Source of the DNA: Puniceicoccales bacterium
Lineage (GTDB): Bacteria; Verrucomicrobiota; Verrucomicrobiia; Opitutales; JAIRLM01
DNA length: 47,454 bases
Reading direction: 5' to 3'
Assembly: GCA_031287845.1 (NCBI GenBank)
Contig: JAITSI010000069.1
Span: 1 to 47,454, forward strand
Part shown: positions 25,366-37,580 of the stretch, one piece after another
Position numbering within the stretch: position 1 is the stretch's first letter
Layout of the letters: every line of letters begins with the position of its first letter
The notes under the pieces: generated by a model
What the model was told of the DNA's origin: nothing
Database searches by the model: none
What the model saw: the letters and a program-made list of their open reading frames with translations, nothing else
Program-made: the position numbers and the translations under genes

Positions 25366-26007
25366 TCAGCTTCCCTTCTTTGCACTGCGGACGGTTACCC
25401 AGCCGCCGTTGGCACCGGCCACGCTTCCCCGCAGGAAGAGCAGGTGCTGCTCCGGCAGGATTCGCACGACGGCCAAATTTTGAACCGTTCTCCTCCGCAC
25501 GCCCATGTGCCCCGGCATCTTACGTCCCGGATAGATGCGCCCCGGCTCCTCGCGCTGGCCATAGGAGCCGCCCCGCCGGTGGAACATGGATCCGTGGCTT
25601 GCGGGGCCGCCGGCAAAGCCGTGGCGTTTCATCACGCCCTGGAACCCGTGTCCCTTGCTGGTTCCGGCCACGTCCACCAGATCGCCGACGCTAAGATCCT
25701 CCAGGGAAAAAACTTCGCCGGCCCGGTACGGCTCCAGGTCACGCACCCGCAGCTCCCGTAGCCTGGCGTGGGGCTTGCACTGCCGGTGCGCACAGTGGCC
25801 CACCTCCGCCGCCGTCAGCCCGGTGACCTTCCTCTCCTGGGCCGCCACCTGCACGGCGCGGTATCCATTTTCCTCCTCCGTGCGCAGGCAGACGATCGGA
25901 CAGGGCTCCACCTCGATGGCCGTCGCCGCGACCAGGCGGCCCGACGCCTCCTGCAGCTGGGTCATGCCCAACTTGCGGCCCATCAGTAAAATTATTTTCT
26001 TTTCCAT
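25366..26007 (-). CDS. rplC: 50S ribosomal protein L3
   Basis: LMGRKLGMTQL...GTSKGHGFQGVMKRHGFAGGPASHGS. Confidence 0.97.
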   Translation of the reverse strand: MEKKIILLMGRKLGMTQLQEASGRLVAATAIEVEPCPIVCLRTEEENGYRAVQVAAQERKVTGLTAAEVGHCAHRQCKPHARLRELRVRDLEPYRAGEVFSLEDLSVGDLVDVAGTSKGHGFQGVMKRHGFAGGPASHGSMFHRRGGSYGQREEPGRIYPGRKMPGHMGVRRRTVQNLAVVRILPEQHLLFLRGSVAGANGGWVTVRSAKKGS

Positions 26008-26046
26008 CGCTGGACGGCAATGCAGCCCCTCTCTCCTGGTCCGCCC

Positions 26047-26367
26047 CTACACGGAAACGGCGATCTCTACCCCCGACGGGAGATTGATTTTCTTCAGTGC
26101 GTCCATTGTGTCGACGCTCGGATCCACGATGTCAATCATTCTTTTGTGGGTCCTCAGCTCAAATTGCTCCGCCGACTTCTTGTGCAGGTGCGGCGAACGG
26201 TTTACGGAAAAGTGCTCGATGGCCGTCGGCAGGGGAACCGGTCCCACCGCCCGGGTTCCCGAACGCTTCACCGTCTCCACGATGTCCACGGACGCCTGGT
26301 CCACGAGCCGGCTGTCGAAACTCTTGAGCCGGATGCGAATTTTCCGCTTCCTATCCGCCGCTTGCAT
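26047..26367 (-). CDS. rpsJ: 30S ribosomal protein S10
   Basis: KIRIRLKSFDSRLVDQASVDIVETVKRSG...GPVPLPT. Confidence 0.97.
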   Translation of the reverse strand: MQAADRKRKIRIRLKSFDSRLVDQASVDIVETVKRSGTRAVGPVPLPTAIEHFSVNRSPHLHKKSAEQFELRTHKRMIDIVDPSVDTMDALKKINLPSGVEIAVSV

Positions 26368-26409
26368 GGTTGTCTCCGTTTCTGGGAATGTGTTCTTTGG
26401 CAGGGGAAA

Positions 26410-28563
26410 CTAAATGCTTCGCTGCTGCTGCCTTCTGGATGTTTCCGTGATTTGCAAAAGCGTGGCTGCGGGGACCTGTTCAAAGTGGGACGGCTCCATG
26501 GCGTAGGAGGCCCTTCCCTTTGAAATGGATCGCAGGTCCGTCGCATAGCCGAACATGGTCTCCAGTGGCACGCAGGCCGCAATTTCCAAAACTCCGTGCT
26601 TTTCCCCAATGCCCTGAATTTGCCCCCGCCGCCGGTTGAGATCCCCCACCACGTCCCCCTGGTAGTCGTTGGGGGTCAGAACTTCAACCTTCATAATCGG
26701 TTCCAGTAGAATCGCCTGCGCCTTCTGCATGGCCTCTTTGAAGGCGAAAATTCCCGCCATTTTGAAGGCCAGCTCGGAGGAATCTACCTCGTGGAAGCTG
26801 CCGTCGATGATGTGGGCCACGAAGTCCATGACGGGATAGCCGGCCACAACGCCGCACAGGGCCCCGTCGCGGATGCCCTCCTCCACGGGCTTAATGTATT
26901 CCTTGGGAATGACGCCGCCGACGATCTCATTGAGAATTTGAACGCCGCTGCCCCGCTCCCCCGGTTCCAGATGAATGACCGCGTGGCCGTACTGGCCCCG
27001 GCCGCCGGACTGGCGAATGAACTTCCCTTCCCCGTCCGCCGCCGCCGTGACCGTTTCCCGGTAGGCGATGCGCGGCTTTCCAACCGACGCACCCACGCGA
27101 AACTCCCTCAAAATGCGGTCCCGGATGATGTCCAGGTGCAGTTCGCCCATGCCGGCGATCAGCGTTTGCTGGGTTTCGGCGTCGGATGTGATTTTGAAGG
27201 TGGGATCCTCCTCGGCGAGGCGCTGGAGGGCAAGGGAAAGTTTTTCCTGGTCCGCCTTGGAATTGGGCTCGATGGACATGCTGATCACCGGCTCCGGAAA
27301 GGTTGGCGGCTCCAGCTGGGCGTCGAGCGAGCGGTCGCAGAGGGTATCGCCGGTCACGACCTTTTTCACGCCGACGATGGCGCAAATGTCTCCGGAGTAG
27401 GCCACGGCGATGTCCTCGCGCGAGTTGGCCTTCATCACCAGCAGCCTGCTGATGCGCTCGCTCTTCCGGGTGCGCGGATTGTAGACCACATCCCCCTTGG
27501 CGACCTTTCCCGCGTAGACCCGGCAGAAGATCAGCTTGCCCACGTAGGGATCGTACATCAGTTTGAATGCCAGCATGGCCGTCTTGGACCGGTCATCCGC
27601 CTCCAGGCCAATGACTTCCCCGTCGTCGCGGAAGGCCCGCGTGGGGGGGAGATCCAGGGGGCTGGGCAGGTAGTCGACTATTGCGTCCACCACCATCTGG
27701 ATGCCCCGGTTTTTGAAGGCACTTCCAGGAATGACGCCGACGAAGTCCATGGACACCGTTGCCCGGCGGATGGCGCGGCGGATTTCCTCCTCCTGGATTT
27801 CCCCTCCCTCCAGGTACTTGCCCGCCAGGACGTCGTCGTAGTCCACCAGCGCCTCTATGAGCCGGGTGCGGAACGCCTCGGCCTTGCCACGCTCCTCCGC
27901 AGGAATCTCCTCGTCGTCGAAGCGCATGCCCTCCCGGTCGCCGTCGTCGTAGCGGTAGGCCCGCATGCGCACCAGGTCGATGAGGCCGTGGAAATTTTCC
28001 TCGGCACCCAGGTTGAGGAAGAGGGGATGGGCGTTTCCCCCCAGCCGGGTCCGGATCTCCTCGACCGCTCCGAGGAAGTCCGCGCCGGTCCGGTCCATCT
28101 TGTTGATGAAGGCGATGCGGGGGACGCGGTACTTGTTCATCTGGCGCCAGACGGTTTCCGACTGCGGCTGCACGCCGGCAACGGCGCAGAACACGGCAAC
28201 GGCGCCGTCCAGCACGCGCAGGGATCGCTCCACCTCGGCCGTAAAGTCCACGTGGCCGGGCGTGTCGATGATGTTGATCCGGTGGGAGATGCCGGCGAAC
28301 GAGCCGTGGGACGGGGTCCAGCCGCAGGAAATGGCGGCCGATGTGATGGTGATTCCGCGCTCCCGCTCCTGTTCCATCCAGTCGGTGACCGCCGTGCCGT
28401 CGTGCACCTCGCCCATCCTGTGGATGACGCCGGTGTAGAAGAGGATGCGCTCGGTTGTGGTCGTCTTGCCGGCGTCGATGTGCGCCGCGATGCCGATGTT
28501 CCGCATGTCCTCCATGGCAAAGGACCGGTCGGGCGAATTTCTGTCCGAATGCTGCGTTTCCAT
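26410..28563 (-). CDS. fusA: Translation elongation factor G
   Basis: [41 protein letters not shown] at 28563; an upstream GTG at 28587 abutting the rpsG stop is an alternative start. Confidence 0.96.
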   Translation of the reverse strand: METQHSDRNSPDRSFAMEDMRNIGIAAHIDAGKTTTTERILFYTGVIHRMGEVHDGTAVTDWMEQERERGITITSAAISCGWTPSHGSFAGISHRINIIDTPGHVDFTAEVERSLRVLDGAVAVFCAVAGVQPQSETVWRQMNKYRVPRIAFINKMDRTGADFLGAVEEIRTRLGGNAHPLFLNLGAEENFHGLIDLVRMRAYRYDDGDREGMRFDDEEIPAEERGKAEAFRTRLIEALVDYDDVLAGKYLEGGEIQEEEIRRAIRRATVSMDFVGVIPGSAFKNRGIQMVVDAIVDYLPSPLDLPPTRAFRDDGEVIGLEADDRSKTAMLAFKLMYDPYVGKLIFCRVYAGKVAKGDVVYNPRTRKSERISRLLVMKANSREDIAVAYSGDICAIVGVKKVVTGDTLCDRSLDAQLEPPTFPEPVISMSIEPNSKADQEKLSLALQRLAEEDPTFKITSDAETQQTLIAGMGELHLDIIRDRILREFRVGASVGKPRIAYRETVTAAADGEGKFIRQSGGRGQYGHAVIHLEPGERGSGVQILNEIVGGVIPKEYIKPVEEGIRDGALCGVVAGYPVMDFVAHIIDGSFHEVDSSELAFKMAGIFAFKEAMQKAQAILLEPIMKVEVLTPNDYQGDVVGDLNRRRGQIQGIGEKHGVLEIAACVPLETMFGYATDLRSISKGRASYAMEPSHFEQVPAATLLQITETSRRQQQRSI

Positions 28564-28583
28564 GGCGTCTTCCCGTCCTCCCG

Positions 28584-29057
28584 TCACCAGTTGAGGTGGG
28601 CAAACGCCCGATTGGCCTGGGCCATCTTATGCATCTCTTCCCGCCGCTTGACCGCCGCTCCCGTATTGTTGTAGGCGTCGACGATTTCCAGGGCCAGGGC
28701 CTCACCCATGGCCACGCCCTTGCGCCCGTCCGCGAAGCCGATGAGCCAGCGGAAGGCCAGGGTCTGCTGCCGTTCGTAGGAAATTTCGATGGGCACCTGG
28801 TAGGTGGCCCCTCCCACGCGGCGGCTCTTCACCTCGAGCTTGGGCTGCACGTTTTCCAGCGCCGCCAGCAGCAGTTCCACCGGGTCTCCCTTGCCCAGCT
28901 TCTCGCTTACCCGCTCGATGGCCCCATAGACGATGGTGCGGGCCAGGGACTTCTTCCCCCGGCGCGTGACCATGTTGATCAGCTGCCCGATGAGGCAGCT
29001 TTGAAATTTGGAATCCGGGGCGACGGGCCGCTTTTGACTTCGATGGCGACGGGACAT
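28584..29057 (-). CDS. rpsG: 30S ribosomal protein S7
   Basis: [18 protein letters not shown]...[13 protein letters not shown]...AFAHLNW. ATG at 29057 is preceded by AGGAG. Confidence 0.96.
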   Translation of the reverse strand: MSRRHRSQKRPVAPDSKFQSCLIGQLINMVTRRGKKSLARTIVYGAIERVSEKLGKGDPVELLLAALENVQPKLEVKSRRVGGATYQVPIEISYERQQTLAFRWLIGFADGRKGVAMGEALALEIVDAYNNTGAAVKRREEMHKMAQANRAFAHLNW

Positions 29058-29065
29058 GGCTTCTC

Positions 29066-29443
29066 CTACTTTTTCTTCGGCCGCTTGACGCCGTAGCGGG
29101 ACCGGCTTCGCCGTCGCTTTTCCACGCCATTGCAGTCCAGGGCTCCCCGCACGATGTGGTAGCGCACGCCGGGCAGGTCCTTTACCCGACCTCCCCGGAC
29201 CAGGACAATGCTGTGCTCCTGCAGGCTGTGGCCTTCGTCGGGGATGTAGGCGATGATTTCGCACCCGTTGGTGAGGCGCACCTTCGCCACCTTGCGGACG
29301 GCCGAATTGGGCTTTTTGGGCGTGCGCGTGGTCACCTGGATGCAGACACCGCGGCGAAAGGGGTTGGCGGCGAGGGCCGGCGAGCCGGACTTCCACCGAA
29401 CCGCCTGGCGAGGCTTGCGAATCAACTGATTAATGGTTGGCAT
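29066..29443 (-). CDS. rpsL: 30S ribosomal protein S12
   Basis: [12 protein letters not shown]...[20 protein letters not shown]...[16 protein letters not shown]. Confidence 0.98.
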   Translation of the reverse strand: MPTINQLIRKPRQAVRWKSGSPALAANPFRRGVCIQVTTRTPKKPNSAVRKVAKVRLTNGCEIIAYIPDEGHSLQEHSIVLVRGGRVKDLPGVRYHIVRGALDCNGVEKRRRSRSRYGVKRPKKK

Positions 29444-29535
29444 GATCCCACTCTTCTACCTGCGTCCTTCCCGCCGGGCAGGTCCTCTAAAAGACCAGCC
29501 CAGTGCGGTGGCAACGCTTTTTTTTAGAAAATTCG

Positions 29536-32500
29536 CTAAATTTCGCCGACGGCCTCCGCTTCCTCGCATTCCACGATCAGATCCTTTTCCCCATAGGTCA
29601 TCCGGCCCTGGGACACCTTTCCGTCCTCCTCGTCCACGATGAGCGGGACGGGCGACAGCTTGCGGTACATGGGCAGGCCGGTGCCGGCGGGAACCAGGTG
29701 TCCCATGATCACGTTTTCCTTGAACCCGCGCAGCGGATCCACCCGGCCCAGCGTGGCCGCATCCGTCAGCACCCGGGTCGTTTCCTGGAAGGACGCCGCC
29801 GCGATGAAGCTGTTCGTCTCCAGCGATGCCTTCGTGATGCCCAGCAGGATGGGTTCCGCCTCCGCCGGCTGTCCCCCCGCCTCGCTGATCTGCCGGTTCA
29901 CGTCCTGCAGGTCGAAGCAGTCCACCTGGTCGCCCCAGAGGAATTCGGAGTCGCCGGGGGCCACGATGCGCATGCGCCGCAGCATGCGGGCCAGGATGAT
30001 CTCGATGTGCTTGTCGTTGATGGCCACGCCCTGGGTGCGGTAGACCTTTTGGATTTCCCGCAATAGGTATTCGAACACGGCGTGCACGCCCAGGATCTCC
30101 AGCATTTCGTGGGGATCGGCGGCGCCGTCGGACAGCATCTGGCCCCGGGTGACGAAGTCTCCCTCCTGGACAAGGATCTGCTTGGCCATGGGCACCAGGT
30201 GCTCCTCGCGCCGGCCCGTTTCCGCGTTGGTCACAATGACCCGCCTCTTGTTGCGCAGCACGTTGCCGAAGGATACCACGCCGGTAATTTTTACCATTTC
30301 GCCCACGTCCTTGGGTCGCCGCGCCTCGAACAGTTCCGCGACCCGGGGCAGGCCTCCGGTGATGTCCTGGGTGCGCGAGGCGGAGCGGGCAATCTTTGCC
30401 AGCAGTGCGCCGGCGGCCAGCACATCTCCATCCTCCACGGCAATTTGCGCCCCGGCGGGGATGTTGTACATGGCTACCACGTGGCCCTCCGCCAGGCCCT
30501 CGCCATTGGCGGCGAGGGCGCAGATCTCGATGGACGGGTTGAGGTCGTCCTTGTGCTCGATGACGACCGTCGTTCCGCCGCTCCCCTCCACGTCCCACTT
30601 GATCGTGGCCCCGAAGATCATGTCCCGGAAGCGGACCCGGCCCGCCTTTTCGGAAAGGATGGGCACGTGGTGGGGATCCCAGGCGGCCAAAATCTGATCC
30701 TTCTTCACGGCCTCGCCGTCGCCGGCGAAGAGCACCGTGCCGGCCACGATTTTAAACGATTCCACCTCCCGGTCCCGCCCGTCCAGCAGCGCGATGGAGC
30801 CGGTCTTGTTGAGTATGATGATGGCGCCGTCCGCCGTGCGCACGTGGCGCAGGCCCTGCCAGCGCACCTTGCCGTCCACGCGGGCCCGGTACTGCGGCGT
30901 CTGCAGGACCTGGTTGGCCACGCCGCCCACGTGGAAGGTCTTCATGGTGAGCTGGGTGCCCGGTTCGCCGATGGACTGGGCCGCGATGATGCCGACCGCG
31001 GCTCCGATTTCCGCCATGCGGTTGGTGGCCAGGTCGATGCCGTAGGCGTTGGCGGAAATGCCGCTGCGGGTCATGTGGGTCAGGGGCGACATGATCTTCA
31101 CCCGTTCCACGCCCAGCTCCTGGATGCGGCGGGCCACGTCGGCGGTGATGAGGCAGCCGCTGCGCACGAGAATGTCGTCCGGATTGTTCGGATTGGCCAC
31201 GTCGTCACTGCTGCAGCGGCCGGCGATGCGCTCCTCCAGGGATAGAATTTCCTGGTCCCCCTCCACCAGCGCCTGCTTCCAGATGCCGTTGCGGTTGCCG
31301 TCGTCGAGGGTCGTGATGACGCAGTCCATGGCCACGTCGCAGAGCTTGCGCGTCATGTAGCCCGCGTCCGCCGTCTTGAGGGCGATGTCGGCCAGACCCT
31401 TGCGGGCGCCGTGGGTGGAGGTGAAATAGTCCAGCACGGAAAGTCCCTCCCGGAAGGAGGTGAGCACGGGCCGCTCGATGATTTCCCCGGAGGGGCGCGC
31501 CATCAGTCCCCGCAGGCCGCAGAGCTGGCGCACCTGCTGCCGGTTGCCCCGGGCCCCGGAGTCCATCATGAGGAAGATGGGGTTGATTTCCTCCCGGCCG
31601 CCGTTGGTTTTGAGCTGGGCAAAGACCTCATTGGCAATGTCGTCCGTCGTCCTTGTCCAGATGTCCACGATCCTGTTGTAGCGCTCTCCGTCGGTGATGA
31701 TGCCCTTGGCGTGCTGGCGGTTGACGTCCTGGACCCTGCGCCGCGCCGCCTCCACCAGCTTGGCCTTGCTGTCCGGCACGACGATGTCCTCGAAGCCGAT
31801 GGAGGCCCCCGATTCCATGGCCATGCGGAAGCCCAGGTCCTTTAGCCGGTCCAGCAGCTCCACCAGCGCCGGCCGGTCCAGGATTTTGTAGGCCGCCATG
31901 ATCAATTCCCCCAGCCGGGTCTTGGCCACGGGAAAGTTCACAAAGCCCATCTGCGGGGGAAAAATGGAATTGAAAATTACGCGCCCCACCGTCGTCCGGA
32001 GAATTTTTTTCTTTCCGTCGCCGTAGCGGGTATCCCGCTGGTAGTCGGGATTGCGCAGGTCAATCCAGCTGTGCTTGCCCAGCCGCTTCTCCCCGTGGGC
32101 CAGCAGCACTTCCTCCTGGTCGCAGAGTAGCGGCACCCGCTCCCCCTCCGCCGGCGCATGGCGCGGGTCAACGGTCAGGTAGTATCCGCCCATGACGATG
32201 TCCTGGGACGGGGTCATGATGGGCCGGCCGCTGGACGGGGAAAAGATATTCAGCGTGGACATCATGAGCAGCTTGCACTCCATCACCGCCTCGATGGAGA
32301 GCGGCACGTGCACCGCCATCTGGTCGCCGTCGAAGTCCGCGTTGAATGCCGTGCAGACCAGGGGATGGAGCCGTATGGCCTCGCCCTCGATGAGCACCGG
32401 CTCGAAGGCCTGGATGGACAGCCGGTGCAGGGTGGGGGCCCGGTTGAGCATCACCGGATGGCCCCGCATCACCTCCTCCAGGATGTCCCAGATCTCCGGC

Positions 32501-33720
32501 ACCTGCTTTTCGATGAGCTTGCGGGCGCTCCAGACCGTGTGGACAAAGCCCAGCTCCTTGAAGCGGCGGATGATAAACGGCTCGAACAGCACCAGCGCCA
32601 TTTTCTTCGGCAGCCCGCACTGGTGCAATTTGAGGTCGGGTCCGATGACGATGACCGAACGGCCGCTGTAGTCCACCCGCTTGCCCAGCAAATTTTGCCG
32701 AAAGCGGCCCTGCTTTCCCTTCAGCATGTCGCTGAGAGATTTGAGGGGCCGATTGCCCGTTCCCTGCACCGGCCTGGCCAGGCGTCCGTTGTCCAGCAGC
32801 GCGTCCACCGCCTCCTGGAGCATGCGCATCTCATTGTGGATGATGACGTCGGGGGTCTTCAGCTGCATCAGGCTCTTGAGCCGGTTATTGCGGTTGATCA
32901 CCCTGCGGTAGAGGTCGTTCAGGTCGCTTGTGGCAAAGCGTCCCCCGTCGAGGGGCACCAGGGGGCGCAGGTCGGGGGGAATTACCGCCAAATTCTCCAG
33001 GATCATCCACTCCGGCGACGTGCCGCTGCGCAGGAAGGCGGAGATGAGCTTGAGCCGGCGGGCAAATTTTTTCTTCACCTGCTTGGAGCGGGTGCCCTGC
33101 ATGGCATTTTCCAGCTCGTCCATGGTCTGGAGCAGGTCCATGCCGGCCAGAATTTCCTTCAGGGCCCCCGCCCCCATCTTGGCCACGAAGGCGTCCTCTC
33201 CGTACTCCTCCTGGGCCTTTTCGAACTCCTGCTCGCCCAGCAGCTGCTTCTGCTCCAGCGGCGTGGAGCCGGGGTCGATGACCACGTAGCTCTCGTAGTA
33301 GATGATCCGCTCCAGGTCCCGCATGGACAGGTCGAGGAAGAGGGAGAGCCGGCTGGGCAGGTTTTTAAAGAACCAGATGTGGGCAACCGGCACCGCCAGC
33401 TCGATGTGGCCCATGCGCTCCCGCCGCACCCGGGACTGGATCACCTCCACGCCGCAGCGTTCGCAGACCACGTCCTTGTACTTCATGCGCTTGTACTTGC
33501 CGCAGGCGCACTCGTAGTCCCGCACCGGTCCGAAAATTTTCTGGCAGAACAGGCCGCCGAACTCCGGCCGGAAGGTGCGGTAGTTGATCGTCTCCGGATT
33601 CTTAATCTCACCGCGGGACCAGGAGCGAATTGTGTCCGGCGATGCGATGGAAAGGCCGACGCTGTCGAAGATTCGCTCCGAATCGATGCCCAAAACCTCC
33701 TTGGCTTCCTGCTCGCTCAT
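29536..33720 (-). CDS. rpoC: DNA-directed RNA polymerase subunit beta'
   Basis: [23 protein letters not shown] zinc motif and [12 protein letters not shown] active site; 1394 aa. Confidence 0.98.
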   Translation of the reverse strand: MSEQEAKEVLGIDSERIFDSVGLSIASPDTIRSWSRGEIKNPETINYRTFRPEFGGLFCQKIFGPVRDYECACGKYKRMKYKDVVCERCGVEVIQSRVRRERMGHIELAVPVAHIWFFKNLPSRLSLFLDLSMRDLERIIYYESYVVIDPGSTPLEQKQLLGEQEFEKAQEEYGEDAFVAKMGAGALKEILAGMDLLQTMDELENAMQGTRSKQVKKKFARRLKLISAFLRSGTSPEWMILENLAVIPPDLRPLVPLDGGRFATSDLNDLYRRVINRNNRLKSLMQLKTPDVIIHNEMRMLQEAVDALLDNGRLARPVQGTGNRPLKSLSDMLKGKQGRFRQNLLGKRVDYSGRSVIVIGPDLKLHQCGLPKKMALVLFEPFIIRRFKELGFVHTVWSARKLIEKQVPEIWDILEEVMRGHPVMLNRAPTLHRLSIQAFEPVLIEGEAIRLHPLVCTAFNADFDGDQMAVHVPLSIEAVMECKLLMMSTLNIFSPSSGRPIMTPSQDIVMGGYYLTVDPRHAPAEGERVPLLCDQEEVLLAHGEKRLGKHSWIDLRNPDYQRDTRYGDGKKKILRTTVGRVIFNSIFPPQMGFVNFPVAKTRLGELIMAAYKILDRPALVELLDRLKDLGFRMAMESGASIGFEDIVVPDSKAKLVEAARRRVQDVNRQHAKGIITDGERYNRIVDIWTRTTDDIANEVFAQLKTNGGREEINPIFLMMDSGARGNRQQVRQLCGLRGLMARPSGEIIERPVLTSFREGLSVLDYFTSTHGARKGLADIALKTADAGYMTRKLCDVAMDCVITTLDDGNRNGIWKQALVEGDQEILSLEERIAGRCSSDDVANPNNPDDILVRSGCLITADVARRIQELGVERVKIMSPLTHMTRSGISANAYGIDLATNRMAEIGAAVGIIAAQSIGEPGTQLTMKTFHVGGVANQVLQTPQYRARVDGKVRWQGLRHVRTADGAIIILNKTGSIALLDGRDREVESFKIVAGTVLFAGDGEAVKKDQILAAWDPHHVPILSEKAGRVRFRDMIFGATIKWDVEGSGGTTVVIEHKDDLNPSIEICALAANGEGLAEGHVVAMYNIPAGAQIAVEDGDVLAAGALLAKIARSASRTQDITGGLPRVAELFEARRPKDVGEMVKITGVVSFGNVLRNKRRVIVTNAETGRREEHLVPMAKQILVQEGDFVTRGQMLSDGAADPHEMLEILGVHAVFEYLLREIQKVYRTQGVAINDKHIEIILARMLRRMRIVAPGDSEFLWGDQVDCFDLQDVNRQISEAGGQPAEAEPILLGITKASLETNSFIAAASFQETTRVLTDAATLGRVDPLRGFKENVIMGHLVPAGTGLPMYRKLSPVPLIVDEEDGKVSQGRMTYGEKDLIVECEEAEAVGEI

Positions 33721-36700
33721 GCTTCTCCCCCAAAACTATCCGCGCTGCCTTCCCCGTGCAGCTGCATGTTCAGGCCCAGGCCCTGGATTTCCTTGACCAG
33801 CACGTTGAAAGACTGGGGAATGCCGGCGCGCAGGGTTCTGTCCCCCTTGACGATGGCCTCGTAGGTGGCGGTGCGCCCCAGCACGTCGTCCGATTTTACG
33901 GTCAGCAGCTCCTGCAGGCAGTAGGCCGCCCCGTAGGCCTCCAGCGCCCAGACCTCCATTTCCCCCAGCCGCTGGCCCCCGTACTGGGCCTTTCCCCCGA
34001 GCGGTTGCTGGGTGATGAGGCTGTAGGGACCGACGGCCCGGGCGTGGATCTTGTCCGCCACCAGGTGGTTCAGCTTCATCATGTACATGTAGCCGACGCA
34101 GACCGTTTGGTCGAAGCGCTCCCCGGTGCAGCCGTCGTAGAGATAGGTCTTGCCCCACTCCGGCAGATTGGCCTCGCGCATCTTTTCCCGAATTTGCTCC
34201 TCCGTTGCCCCGTCGAATACCGGCGTTGCCGCTTTCAGCCCCAGCATTTTACAGGCCCAGCCTAGCTGATTTTCCAGCACCTGGCCCAGGTTCATGCGGG
34301 CGGGAACGCCGAGGGGATTGAGCACGATGTCCACCGGGGTGCCGTCGGCGAGGAACGGCATGTTCTCCGCGGCCACGATGCGGGACACGATGCCCTTGTT
34401 GCCGTGGCGTCCGGCCATCTTGTCGCCCACCTGAATCTTGCGCTTCGTGGCGATGTAGACCTTAACGCTCTTAATTGTGCCGTTCTCGTCGAAGTTGCCG
34501 GACTCCACCAGCTGCAGCTGTGCCCGCCGCTCGCTCTCCGTCTGGGCAATCTTGCGCTGGAAGCCGGAAATGATGTCGCTGATCTTGATGCGCACCGGCG
34601 ACTCGGCTATCAGCACCTTGTCCGCGGCGCTGGCCAACTTGCGCAGCAGGGTCTTGGTAATTTTCCGATTGGCGGGAATGAGCAGCTCGCCGGTTTCCCC
34701 GTTGGTGATGTCGAGGGGAATTTTTTCGCCGAGGAGAATGTTGGACAGCGCCTCGGTCAGCGCCTCGCGGATCGTGTCCAGCTGCTTGCGAAAGCTCTCG
34801 TTTACCTTCTTTACCTGGCGGCGAATTTCAACGGAGGACACCTCCCCGGACTCCCGCTGGCCGCTGGTCGAGGTCTTCACGTCCATGACGATGCCGTAGC
34901 AGCCGGACGGCGCCAGCAGCGACGAATCCTTCACGTCCGCCGCCTTTTCCCCAAAAATCGCCCGCAGCAGCTTTTCCTCCGGCGCCAGGTCCGTCTCACT
35001 GCGCGGCGTGATCTTGCCCACGAGAATGTCGCCGGGACAGACCTTTGCCCCCACCCGGATCACGCCGTCCCGGTTCAGGTTGCGCAGCGCCTCATCGCCC
35101 ACGCTGGGGATGTCCCGGGTAATTTCCTCCTGGCCCAGCTTCGTGTCCTGGGCCACGATCTCAAACACCTCGATGTGGAGCGAGGTGAACACGTCGTCCC
35201 GCAGGATGCGCTCGTTGAGCAGGATGGCGTCCTCGAAATTGTAGCCGTTCCAGGGCATGAACGCGGCCAGCACATTGCGGCCCAGGGCCAGTTCGCCGCC
35301 CTCCGTCGCCGCACCGTCCGCCAGGAGCTGGCCAACGTGCACCGTGTCTCCCTTTTTCACCCGCGGCCGCTGGTTGAAGGATGTTCCCGCGTTGGAACGC
35401 AGAAATTTGCGCAGCCGGTACACCGTTGCCGTCCCCTCATCCGGCGCGTGGTCCCAGTCGAAGTCGCTGGGCAGCCGTCCGTCCGCGCTGGTGATGATCT
35501 GCCGGGCATCCACGTAGGCGACGACGCCATCCGCCTCCGCCAGCACGACGGCCTGCGAGTCCCTGGCCACCTTTTCCTCCACGCCGGTCCCGACGAGCGG
35601 GGCCTCCGGCATGAGCAATGGCACCGCCTGGCGCTGCATGTTGGCTCCCATCAGGGCCCGGCTGGTGTCGTCGTGCTCCAGAAAGGGGATCAGGCTGGTG
35701 GTCGGCGAAAACAGCTGGCGCGGGGACACGTCCCGGTGGGTCACCTCCGCCGGCTCCACGTCCAAAATTTTGTCGCGGTAGCGCACCGTGACCGCGCCCT
35801 TCAGCTTGCCCGAAGCGTCCAGGGTCGAATCCACCTGGGCAATTTTGAAATCCTCCTCCCCGTCGGCGTTGAGGTAGACCACGCCGTCCGTTGGCTTGCC
35901 CTTGCGCACCTGCACGTAGGGCGACTCGATGAAGCCGAATTCGTTCAATTTCGCATAGGTGCTGAGGGAGTTGATGAGGCCCACGTTGGGGCCCTCGGGC
36001 GATTCGATGGGGCAAATGCGGCCGTAGTGGGTGGGATGCACGTCCCGCACGTCCAGGCCAGCCCGGTCCCGGCTCAGTCCTCCCGGCCCCAGCGCCGAAA
36101 TGCGCCGCTTGTGGGTCAGCTCCGACAGGGGATTGATCTGGTCCATCAGCTGGGAGAGCTGGCTGCGGGCGAAGAAGTCCCGCACCACGGCTAAAAATAG
36201 CTTGGGATTGGTAAGTTTCTGCGGCGTAATGGAATCCACGCTCTGGTCGTAGAGGCTCATGCGCTCCCGGGTGTGGCGCTCCATGCGGGCCAGCCCGGAA
36301 CGGCACTGGTTGGCCAGCAGCTCCCCCACCGCCCGCACGCGCCGATTGCCCAGGTGGTCGATGTCGTCCACCTGGCGCTTGCCCAGGCGGATTTGGAACA
36401 GAAACTTCAGCGAGGCGACGATGTCCTCCGTGGAGACGAGCCGGTCCTCCAGGGGCCGCCCCAGGCCCAGCTTCTGGTTCAGCTTGTAGCGGCCCACGCG
36501 GCCCAGGTCGTAGCGGCGCTGGTCCCGGAACAGCCTTTTGAGCAGGGTCTGGGCGTTGGCGATGGTGGGGGGCTCGCCGGGCCGGAGGCGCATGTAGATT
36601 TCAAATAGGGCCTCGTCCGCGTTGCGCGTCGTGTCCTTTTTGAGCGTGCGGACGAGCAGTCCCCCGTCGGACGAGGTGTCCACAACCCGGACGCTTTCCA

Positions 36701-37502
36701 CGCCGGCGCGGGCAAAGTCCTCGATGGCCGTGTGGGTCAGGGTCTCGTAGGCGCGGGCCAGCACGATGCCCTGCTGCGCGTCGATGATGTCATCGGCCAG
36801 GATGAGGTGGGAAAGGGACTCGCCCTCGCTCCGCAGCTGGTCGACGGTGCCCGTGCGCACGGTGTAGAACAGCTCGAGGATGTCCAGGTCGGACCCGTGG
36901 CCCAGTGCGCGTAAAAATGTGGTGGCGAGAAACTTTCTCCGGCGCCGTCGCCGGTCCAAATAGACGTAGACCAGGTCGTAGGGGTCGAACTGCATCTCGA
37001 TCCAGGTCCCCCGGTCCGGTATGATGCGGGCGGCGAAGAGCTTTTTCCCGCTCACGTGCTCACTTTCCTCGAAGCTCACCCCGGAGGTGCGGTGCAGCTG
37101 GCTCACCACCACCCGCTCGGCCCCGTTGACGATGAACGAGCCCCGCTCCGTCATGATGGGCAGCTCGCCGAACAGGACCTCCTCCTCGCGGGAATTGCCC
37201 TCCTCGCAGAGGCGCAGCGTGACGTAGAGTCCTGCCCCGTAGCTCATTCCCTCGCGCAGGCAGACCATGTCCGAGTGCCGCGGCTCCGCGATGCGGTAGG
37301 AAACGAATTCCAGCCGGCAGCGGCCGTCGTAGCTCTCAACGGGAAAGGAACTCAGGAAAACGCTCTGCAGGCCCACATTTTGCCGCCTGTCCGCCGGCAC
37401 GTCCCTCTGCAAAAACTCGCGGAACGAATCGGTTTGAATTTCGATGAAATTCGGTGCCGCAATGGCCTCCTTCAGCCTTCTAAAATCGACGCGCTCAGCC
37501 AT
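33717..37502 (-). CDS. rpoB: DNA-directed RNA polymerase subunit beta
   Basis: GRHGNKGIVSRI, NPLGVPARMNLGQ, KLNHLVADKIHARAVGPYSLITQQPLGGKAQ; 1261 aa. Overlaps the rpoC start by 4 nt. Confidence 0.98.
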   Translation of the reverse strand: MAERVDFRRLKEAIAAPNFIEIQTDSFREFLQRDVPADRRQNVGLQSVFLSSFPVESYDGRCRLEFVSYRIAEPRHSDMVCLREGMSYGAGLYVTLRLCEEGNSREEEVLFGELPIMTERGSFIVNGAERVVVSQLHRTSGVSFEESEHVSGKKLFAARIIPDRGTWIEMQFDPYDLVYVYLDRRRRRRKFLATTFLRALGHGSDLDILELFYTVRTGTVDQLRSEGESLSHLILADDIIDAQQGIVLARAYETLTHTAIEDFARAGVESVRVVDTSSDGGLLVRTLKKDTTRNADEALFEIYMRLRPGEPPTIANAQTLLKRLFRDQRRYDLGRVGRYKLNQKLGLGRPLEDRLVSTEDIVASLKFLFQIRLGKRQVDDIDHLGNRRVRAVGELLANQCRSGLARMERHTRERMSLYDQSVDSITPQKLTNPKLFLAVVRDFFARSQLSQLMDQINPLSELTHKRRISALGPGGLSRDRAGLDVRDVHPTHYGRICPIESPEGPNVGLINSLSTYAKLNEFGFIESPYVQVRKGKPTDGVVYLNADGEEDFKIAQVDSTLDASGKLKGAVTVRYRDKILDVEPAEVTHRDVSPRQLFSPTTSLIPFLEHDDTSRALMGANMQRQAVPLLMPEAPLVGTGVEEKVARDSQAVVLAEADGVVAYVDARQIITSADGRLPSDFDWDHAPDEGTATVYRLRKFLRSNAGTSFNQRPRVKKGDTVHVGQLLADGAATEGGELALGRNVLAAFMPWNGYNFEDAILLNERILRDDVFTSLHIEVFEIVAQDTKLGQEEITRDIPSVGDEALRNLNRDGVIRVGAKVCPGDILVGKITPRSETDLAPEEKLLRAIFGEKAADVKDSSLLAPSGCYGIVMDVKTSTSGQRESGEVSSVEIRRQVKKVNESFRKQLDTIREALTEALSNILLGEKIPLDITNGETGELLIPANRKITKTLLRKLASAADKVLIAESPVRIKISDIISGFQRKIAQTESERRAQLQLVESGNFDENGTIKSVKVYIATKRKIQVGDKMAGRHGNKGIVSRIVAAENMPFLADGTPVDIVLNPLGVPARMNLGQVLENQLGWACKMLGLKAATPVFDGATEEQIREKMREANLPEWGKTYLYDGCTGERFDQTVCVGYMYMMKLNHLVADKIHARAVGPYSLITQQPLGGKAQYGGQRLGEMEVWALEAYGAAYCLQELLTVKSDDVLGRTATYEAIVKGDRTLRAGIPQSFNVLVKEIQGLGLNMQLHGEGSADSFGGEA

Positions 37503-37514
37503 GGCATTGTTTTC

Positions 37515-37552
37515 CCAAAAAATTACACGGCGACCGCCCGGCGGCGCCGCGC
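37515..37552 (-). terminator. rplL-rpoB intergenic GC hairpin plus T6 (attenuator-type terminator)
   Basis: Minus strand reads GGCGCCGCCGGGCGGTCGCCGTGTAATTTTTT. This is a GC stem with one bulge followed by a T-run, between the rplL stop (37581) and the rpoB ATG (37502). Confidence 0.5.
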
Positions 37553-37580
37553 AATTTCAATTTCTCCCGCGGCCAGTTCC

